DNA of 64,000 nt from Scenedesmus sp. PABB004 (Eukaryota): the NCBI GenBank assembly GCA_014905635.1, contig JABVCE010000032.1, positions 186,001 through 250,000 on the forward strand, given 5' to 3'. The notes beneath the pieces are model-generated. The model did not search any database, was not told the origin of the DNA, and worked only from the letters and a program-made list of their open reading frames with translations. Below, in pieces: positions 57,501 through 64,000 of this stretch (the stretch's first letter is position 1; each line of letters begins with the position of its first letter). Both the position numbers and the translations under genes were made by a program.

Positions 57501-60235
57501 CACCACGCCCCCCTCTCCCAGGCACCCCCCCCACCCACACACACCGTGCGCGCCGTCCGCCAGCTCGCCGCCGTCGCCCGCGAGGGCGCTGCCGCTGCGC
57601 GCGCGCTTGAGCGGCGGCTCCCCGCCGCTGCCCCCGCCGCCGCCCTCGCACGCGCCGCTGGGGCCGCCCGAGTCGCCGGGGCCGGGCGTGGTCGCGGCGG
57701 ACGCCAGCAGCTCGCGCGTGCGCTTGTCCCTGCGTGGCCGGAGGGCGCCCGGCGGCTGTCAGGCCGCACCGCGCCGTGCCCCGCGTCGGCAGCCTCGGCT
57801 GCGCGCACGCCAGAGCGCCCACCGCGCGGCCTGCAGCGCCTCCTTGCGTGCGCGCGCCGCCTCGCGCTCCCTGCGCCGCTCCTCCGCGTTGGCGTGGTAC
57901 TGGCGGGTGGACTGACTGATGGTCGCGTCCAGCCTGGGGGGTGGGCGCGGGTGGGGCACGCGGGGCGCCGGGGGGGGGGGGTCAAGCGACGGTGCAGCGC
58001 AGTGCGGCGCGCACGCCCCACGCGCGCCGCGCCACCCGCCTGCCGCCGATCTCTGTCTTCATGTTGAAGCAGTTGACCACGTCGTTGACCAGCGCGTGCA
58101 GCAGGCGCAGGTGGAACTCGGGCGGCAGCGCCCACACCGCCTGGGCGCGCGGGGGGCAGCGACGTCAGGCACGGCGCTGCGGCGTAGCTCCCGCACGCGC
58201 GGCGGGGCGCCGCACCCGCTTGCCCAGCTCCACCGCGGCGTGCACCATGACCAGGTCGTCGCTGAGGCTCGCGTAGGTCGTGCCGTGCGCCAGCTCGCTC
58301 TCGCGCACGCGCAGGCTGCTACGCGACAGCAGGCAGTACCTGCGAGGGTGAGTGTGTGTGTGTGTGTGGGGGGGGGGGTGAGCGGCTGGCGGCTGCCCCG
58401 CTGTGAGCGCAGCCCCTGCTGCCCCCCCTCCCACACACACCTGCGCAGCAGCTCCTGCCAGGTCGCGTTGCCGTTGGGTGGGAGGCCGTTGTGCGGGCCA
58501 CACCACTCCGGGCGCTGCGCGGCGGCGCCGCGCGACGCGACCGCGCTGCTGCGCTCCAGGCAGCGCGCCCAGCGCTTGACGCGTGCGCCGACGTGCCCCG
58601 ACTCGACGTGGCTCTGCGCGGCAGCGCAGCAGGGCGTGCGCAACGGCACAGAGTGAGCACGGCTCGCGCGCGGCAGTGCCGCACAGCAACCCGTTCTGCG
58701 AGCACGCCCACAAGCAAGCACGCACCCACTGCGCCAGCAGGTACTTGACGAGGCTGACGTAGAGCTCAAACAGCTCGGGGCCGTCCAGCGGCCACGCGGC
58801 CGCCTGCTGCAGCTGGCCCAGGTTGAGGCGCGGCGCGCCGCACACGGGCGCAAAGGTCGCCAGGAACTCGGCCACCGCCAGCGCGTCCATGAGGCTGCGC
58901 AGCTGGCGCTCGTCCTGCAGCGGCGGCGGCGTGTGTGGGCGGTGAGCAGGGGGTGTGGGGGGCTGGGCAGGTGGGGCCGTGCTGAGCAGCGCCCCCACAC
59001 CCGAATCACGTCCTGCAGCGGCGGCGGTCCTGCGCCGGTGGCCTGCAGACGCCGGTCCGCAGTCTGGAGCAGCTGGCCGCCCGCGTGTGCCACGAATGCG
59101 CCGCCGCCGTAGCCGGCGTAGGGCGCGGCCGGAAAGCCGCCGCGCCGGCCGCCGGGCGGCAGCGGCGGCAGGCCTTGCTGCAGGTCGCCGGCGTCCTGCG
59201 TTGGTGGCGCAGCGCGGGGGTGGAATGGCTGGGCGGCACGGGAGCAAGGCCAGAAGCATCGCCCCGACGCTGCGCGCCCTGCTCACGTCAACGCCTCGGG
59301 CGGCGCCCGGCAGCCGCGGCAGCTCCATGTCTTCCGACGCGCCACTGTGTGTGTGTGTGGGGGGGGGGGGGAGGGGGGGGGGGGGAAGGGGGGGCGGTGG
59401 TCAGCGGCCAGCGTGCCAGGCGGCGGTGGCGCCCGCACCGCCGCAACCACCACTCACCGTGCGCCGCGCCTGGCGTCCGGCCCGCCACCGCGGCGCGGAC
59501 CGCCCGGCAGTGGCAGGCAGCTGCGGGGAAACGGCAGCAGCGCGGGTGAGCGCCGCACGGGCAGCGGAGGCGGCGCGGCAGCCCCACCACCGGGCGTGCT
59601 CCCGCTCACCTCGGGCAGGCCCACTCGCCCTCGGGCAGGTCGGCCCAGTCCAGCCCCAGGCAGGAGACGTGGTGCGCGCGCGGGCAAAAGTCACAGAGCA
59701 GCAGCGGGCTGAACGACGCGTGGTGCGCCTGCCCGCACGCGCCACATGCCGCGGCGTTGGCGGCAAACGCCGGCCGCCGCAGCCGGGCGTGCGCGGGGTT
59801 GGGCGCGCCCGGCGTCAGCGGCGCCGCCTGGTCGGGCGCTGCAGCTCCGCCGCCGCCGTCCGGCGCGCCCGCGCGGAACTGTCGCCACAGCTCCGCCGCG
59901 GTCGCGGGCTCCAGGTGCGGCGCGAGCTTGGTCAGCACGTCGGCGATGTGCACGGGCTGCTGAGAGCTGGCCAGCGTCGTCTGCAGCATCTCTGCGGCGC
60001 GTGCGTGGTGGGCGGTGAGCTGAGCGTGTGTGCGTGCATCGCAGCATAAGACCAGCAGCTCGCGGCGGCGCAGCCGGCCCCTGGACACACCCGGCGCCAT
60101 GGACGCGAGCGGCAGCATCTTGCGCGCGTCGTCGTGGTGCTCGAGCAGCCGGATCACCGTCTGCAGCACCCGGCACTGCGCCACGCTCGGAGGTGCTGGA
60201 GGCGGCGCTGCCGAGGCGCCGCCGCCGTTCTCCAT
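54570..60235 (-). CDS. PHD + DDT + WHIM/WSD chromatin protein (BAZ/ACF1-like); start uncertain
   Basis: PHD LLLCDFCPRAHHVSCL..LPEGEWACP; DDT ALAVAEFLATF; WHIM1 LRLLHALVND; WSD IRSEPLGTDRHHQRYW, LLAALNKRGSREGAL; C-terminal PHD-like CLACGGGGEVALCE. Confidence 0.75.
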
Positions 60236-60769
60236 GCTGAGGCCTGCGCAGCGCCGCGGGCGAGCAGCGGCGGCGTCGGCGGGCGGCGGCGGGACCGTGC
60301 GCGCAGCTTCCGCCCATGCGGCGCCGGATCCGTAATTATGGGCATTGAATGCATGCGCACGTGGCATGCCGGGCGGCGGCGCGGGCGCGCGGCGACGGGA
60401 GCGGCCCGCCATCACCGCACCTGCCGTCCAATACTCTCACGCGGGCCGCTCGCAGCCGCCGGTCGTGCTCGGGACCACAGATAAGCAACCTGCGCACGCT
60501 CGCAACGCCAGGAGATCAGGCGCTGCTGCACCAGGGAGGCGGGCGCTGCTTCGCGGCTCCTTGCTGGGCACTGGCCGGCCGTGAGGCGCGCGGGGGCGCC
60601 CAAAGCCTATGCGCCTAAGCTGAGGAGTCCAAAGCCTACGCGCCTAAGCTGAGGACAGCAGGCCAGCGCCGCCGCCACAGGGCTCAGGCCGCTGGGCCCT
60701 GCCGCCAGGCCCTGGCCGCTGCGCCGCCGCTGAAGCGGTCGGGCAGCGGCAGCAGCTCCACCAGGCAGC

Positions 60770-61613
60770 TCTGCCGCGAGGGGGCCCGGCGGCTTCCTGG
60801 GCAGCCTCTACATATGAGCGGCAGCACGCGAGGACACGCACGTCGCTCACACGGCTGTGCGCCGCCGCAGGCCCGACCGCTGGCGCTCGACGCGCAGGTC
60901 GCTGCGCGACTTTGGGCTGGGCCGGTCGAGCGTGGTGGAGGGCGGGATCGGCCTTTTCACGCTCGCCGACGGCCTGCTGGGCGTGGCGCTGCTGGCGTGG
61001 GTCAAGGGCACCGCGCTGCGCAAGGGCCGGCCGTACACGGCGCCGGTCGAGTTCCCACTCGCCTGCGGCATCACCGTGGGCACTCCGGTGCGGCTGTGAG
61101 GCGCCGGCAGGCGCGCGAGTTTTTGCGCGCCTGTCGCCAGCTCAGCAGCCGCTCCAGCCGCCGCCGCTTGCCCGTTTCTGCACCGCTCCCAGGTGCGCAT
61201 CCGCGGCGTTGCGGTGGGCAGCGTGCTGAGCGTCAAGCCCAGCCTCGACAAGGTCGACGTTCTCGTCGAGGTGCGCCGGTGGCGGGGCGGCGCACTGCTC
61301 CCCTCGCCCCAGTGCCGCATCGCGCGTGTCCGACGGCACGCGGCCTCGGCACCTGCACTCGCGCCCCGCGCCTGCTGGTGAACGACGTGACGAGTGTAAT
61401 CCCGCGCAACAGCGTGGTCGAGGCCAACCAGAGCGGCCTCGTCGCAGATCCGCTGGTCGACGTCACGCCCCAGCTGCCACTGCCCACCTTCACGTGAGCG
61501 ACGCGCCGCCAGCCTGCTCGGACAGCACAATCGTGCCGTCACGCCGCCGCGACGCGCGGCACCGCCGGCGCGCTGTGTGCGAGGCGGCCGCGTGCGAGGC
61601 GGAAGACGCGATT
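60770..61613 (+). pseudogene. TGD2: Inverted partial TGD2 duplicate
   Basis: GGFLGSLY / SLRDFGLGRSSVVEGG ... LPLPTF / AACEAEDAI; damaged splice sites; 3' half missing. Confidence 0.9.
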
Positions 61614-62104
61614 GGGGCCCGACATGAGTTTGTCAGCAAACCAGAACGTGTGCGTGAAGGCGTCCAGCACCATGAGCGCGGCCAGGCTGGAGAGCGCCGC
61701 TGTCTCGGCATCAGCGTCGCCGTCGGCCGCGCGTCTGCACGATCAGCTCGCCGCCAAAGCGCACGAGCACATTGGCACCAGCATCTCCACCACGTCATTC
61801 GTGTGCTGCAGCGCAAATAGTCGAGCAGGCCGTGCTAGGCTCCTCCGCCTCCAAGGGTGCAGAGCGCCGCTGCGCCCAGCTGCCCAGCCGCTGCGTGCAG
61901 TGGCACATTGCGCGCACGCGCGCCACCGCTGGCCAGGCTCGTGCGGCCGCGGTGCGATGGCCTGACCGTTGTTGCGGCCCGGCGCCTGTGTTGGCCCGGC
62001 CCGCCCGTGCTCCTGACCATTGTCGGGGCGTTATGGCTCCGTGGCTGTGACTGAGGCATGGCGGGCGGCCGCGGTCGCCGGGTGCGTCTGTCACATGGCT
62101 GGAA

Positions 62105-62361
62105 ACCCCAAGGCTTCAAAACTGACAGTCAAAAAGTCAAAGTGATGTTCCTGCCTCCTGCAGCAACTCTCGCAGAGGACGACACTTGGCAGGGGGGAGA
62201 CTGGTTGCGTCTGCGGCTTTGTGGAAAGTCCAAGTAAAGCCTGGTGGCGCCCCACTATCGACGAAGTGGACGTCGAGATTGTCTGCGCAGACTGCAGCGT
62301 GCACGAGTGTGTATGTCGAGCGGTTGGCTGTGAGCGCTTTGAAATCAACCAGGCTTGCTTC
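62105..62361 (-). pseudogene. Frameshifted FkbM-like (Methyltransf_21) methyltransferase fragment, low GC
   Basis: EASLVDFKALTANR...VHAAVCAD..VHFV...CRPLRELLQEAG, then a frameshift to HFDFLTVSFE (compare HIDFFSLDVEG). Confidence 0.55.
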
Positions 62362-62572
62362 AGCGGCCGCCGCTGGGACGGCGCCCGCAGGTGGCCGCTG
62401 CGGCGCTGGCTGCCACGTGGGCTGGCGCACGTGGCAAAACACATCAAGTGTACAATTATTCAACTGTGCGTAGGACTTGCCGCGAACTTTTTGAGCATGT
62501 CCCGGGCGTCGCCGATGAAGGTGGCGGCGATGCGGGGAGGCGCGGACACGAAAGAAACACTCGTGGCGCGCG

Positions 62573-62792
62573 CAGCACGGCGGTGGAGGCGAGCATGTGC
62601 AGAGCAATGCTGCAAGACGCACACGTGCCGGGCCTGATCGACGAGTTCCTGTTTGGCTACCACGTCACCTTTGCGCCCATGGTGGGAGCGGGCTGGGGTT
62701 TGACGATCGATTCGAATGCGATGCTTGTGGACGCGTTCCAGCTGTTTGCAGAGCTGCGGCGGCACGGCGTGCGCGCGCACTCCTGGGTGTAA
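62573..62792 (+). pseudogene. C-terminal fragment of a different putative FkbM-like methyltransferase
   Basis: LIDEFLFGYHV...WG...DAFQLFAELRRHGVRAHSWV* resembles the C-terminus of algal FkbM-like proteins, recognised from memory. Confidence 0.5.
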
Positions 62793-63387
62793 TGTCTGAC
62801 TGCCTGCTGGATCCGGGCGTCGCGCGTGAGCAGTTGCACGCCAACCATGCCACACGCTCACGAGGCGTGCTGGCGGCCGCGCGCGTGCAGGCATGCCCCC
62901 CCCCCTCCCCAGCCACGCGTGCAGACCACCTGACGAACTCGAGGGGGCCCAGCAGCATCAATCCAGCTGGCTACCAACACAAACTCTCGACTGTGGCCAA
63001 CCCGCGCGCGGAACGTCAGCTGCGCTGGCATCCGCGTGCACTGGCAGCAGCTGCGCAGCTACTGGTGCGTGGAGCCAGCGGGGGGCGTCCTGCCAAGCAT
63101 TCCTGGCCGTCTGCACTTGCACAACCATGCAGGACGCTGCCCTGGGTATGTGGAGGTGTCGCTGGAGGCATCGCTCGACTGAGCCCAGGCTGACCAGAGC
63201 ATAAGAGTGTCGGCACCATTGCCAAGTGCTGGGCCGCCGCCCTGGCCCGAGCTCACCCGACCATCCACTCTGCCCAGCCATGATGCAGGTAATGTGCTGG
63301 CCTGTGGCTGGCATGGGTGAGCGCCGGCATCACACCACGGCGTCCCACTAGGCGGCGAGCAGCCCGCGCAGTAGCCACGGATGACAC

Positions 63388-63920
63388 CGGCCGCCAGCTG
63401 CACCCGCAGCCGGCGCTGCAGGTCGCGTCGATGCAGCAGTACGAGCTCGTGTCGGAGGCGCCGCTGCACAGCCGCTACCTGACCGTGTACGACCGCCGCG
63501 TGCGCTTCTGCGCGCCCGGCAACCCCGCCGAGGTGCGGAGCGGGGCGCAGGGGGCTAGACGGTCGCACCGCGCGCGCACACCCAGGGCCGGCGCTGACCG
63601 CAGCCCGCGGCCGCCGGGCCACCTCGCGCGCGCGACACAGTGCCGCGTGCTCGACTTTGACGTCGTGGGCCACCCGCGCGCCAACTTCTGCTTCGCGGTC
63701 ACCTTTCCCTTCCACCCCTACAAGGACGGCCGCAGCGGCGGCGAGGTGCGGCGGCGGCTGCGCTGCGTGGGGCGCGCAGGTGAGGGGCACCGCCTGCGGC
63801 TCACGCCGCCCGCGCGCCCTCCCGCCCGGCCGCCAGGTCACGCTCATCCGCGAGTACGCGCAGGGCCCGCACGCGCTGGCCTACTGCCTGCCCACGGGCG
63901 GGCTGGACCCGGGGCGCCAC
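63388..63920 (+). pseudogene. Internal Nudix fragment copy (introns retained)
   Basis: Matches about 52287-52809; breaks inside the Nudix box after PGRH. Confidence 0.9.
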
Positions 63921-63929
63921 ACAGCCCTG

Positions 63930-64000
63930 GAACTGCAGCGCCACCATTGACGCAGTGGAAGTCGCGATTGTCGGCGCAGACCGCAGTCGCTCAGCGGCAC
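63930..64000 (-). pseudogene. Second, diverged paralog fragment of the FkbM-like piece, running off the window edge
   Basis: CCACCATTGACGCAGTGGAAGTCGCGATTGTCGGCGCAGAC aligns to 62252-62292; encodes AVCADNRDFHCV. Confidence 0.55.

Noticed and set aside
62800..63385. Moderately low-GC stretch that might be another cargo relic
   Set aside because: No recognisable motif in any frame, so no call can be supported
1..64000. Hundreds of long Arg/Ala/Pro/Gly-rich ORFs in the ORF track (e.g. 50064-53321, 24255-26192)
   Set aside because: Shadow ORFs caused by stop-codon scarcity at very high GC; real genes are spliced and switch frames

Overview
Very GC-rich (about 75-80% by eye), intron-dense nuclear DNA of a green alga (chlorophyte). 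Evidence: short GT/GC-AG introns, plastid-targeted genes and a TGTAA poly(A) signal. Apparently intact host genes are SPP (23.3-29.4 kb), RMND1-like, SecA2, two USP copies, U2AF65-like, a double-GYF protein, TGD2, a Nudix hydrolase and a PHD/DDT/WHIM chromatin protein. The unusual part is at least five intronless, much lower-GC (about 50-58% by eye) ORFs for glycan-modifying enzymes: GT43-like, Methyltransf_24-like, an unknown GT-A-like protein, GT47/exostosin-like and DUF5672. Four have an N-terminal signal anchor, and there are decayed relics of further such genes (a truncated type II membrane ORF and FkbM-like methyltransferase pieces). Several carry related AT-rich leaders. They sit in a patchwork of intron-retaining, scrambled and partly inverted fragments of genes from this same window (TGD2, Nudix, USP, SecA2, GYF, RMND1, sugar transporter). 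Junctions show fold-back hairpins, stutter duplications and telomere-like seeds. My inference is a hypervariable surface-glycan gene acquisition and turnover zone built by templated, error-prone repair. No transposase, integrase or viral core gene was seen. All family calls come from motif recognition; no database searches were run.
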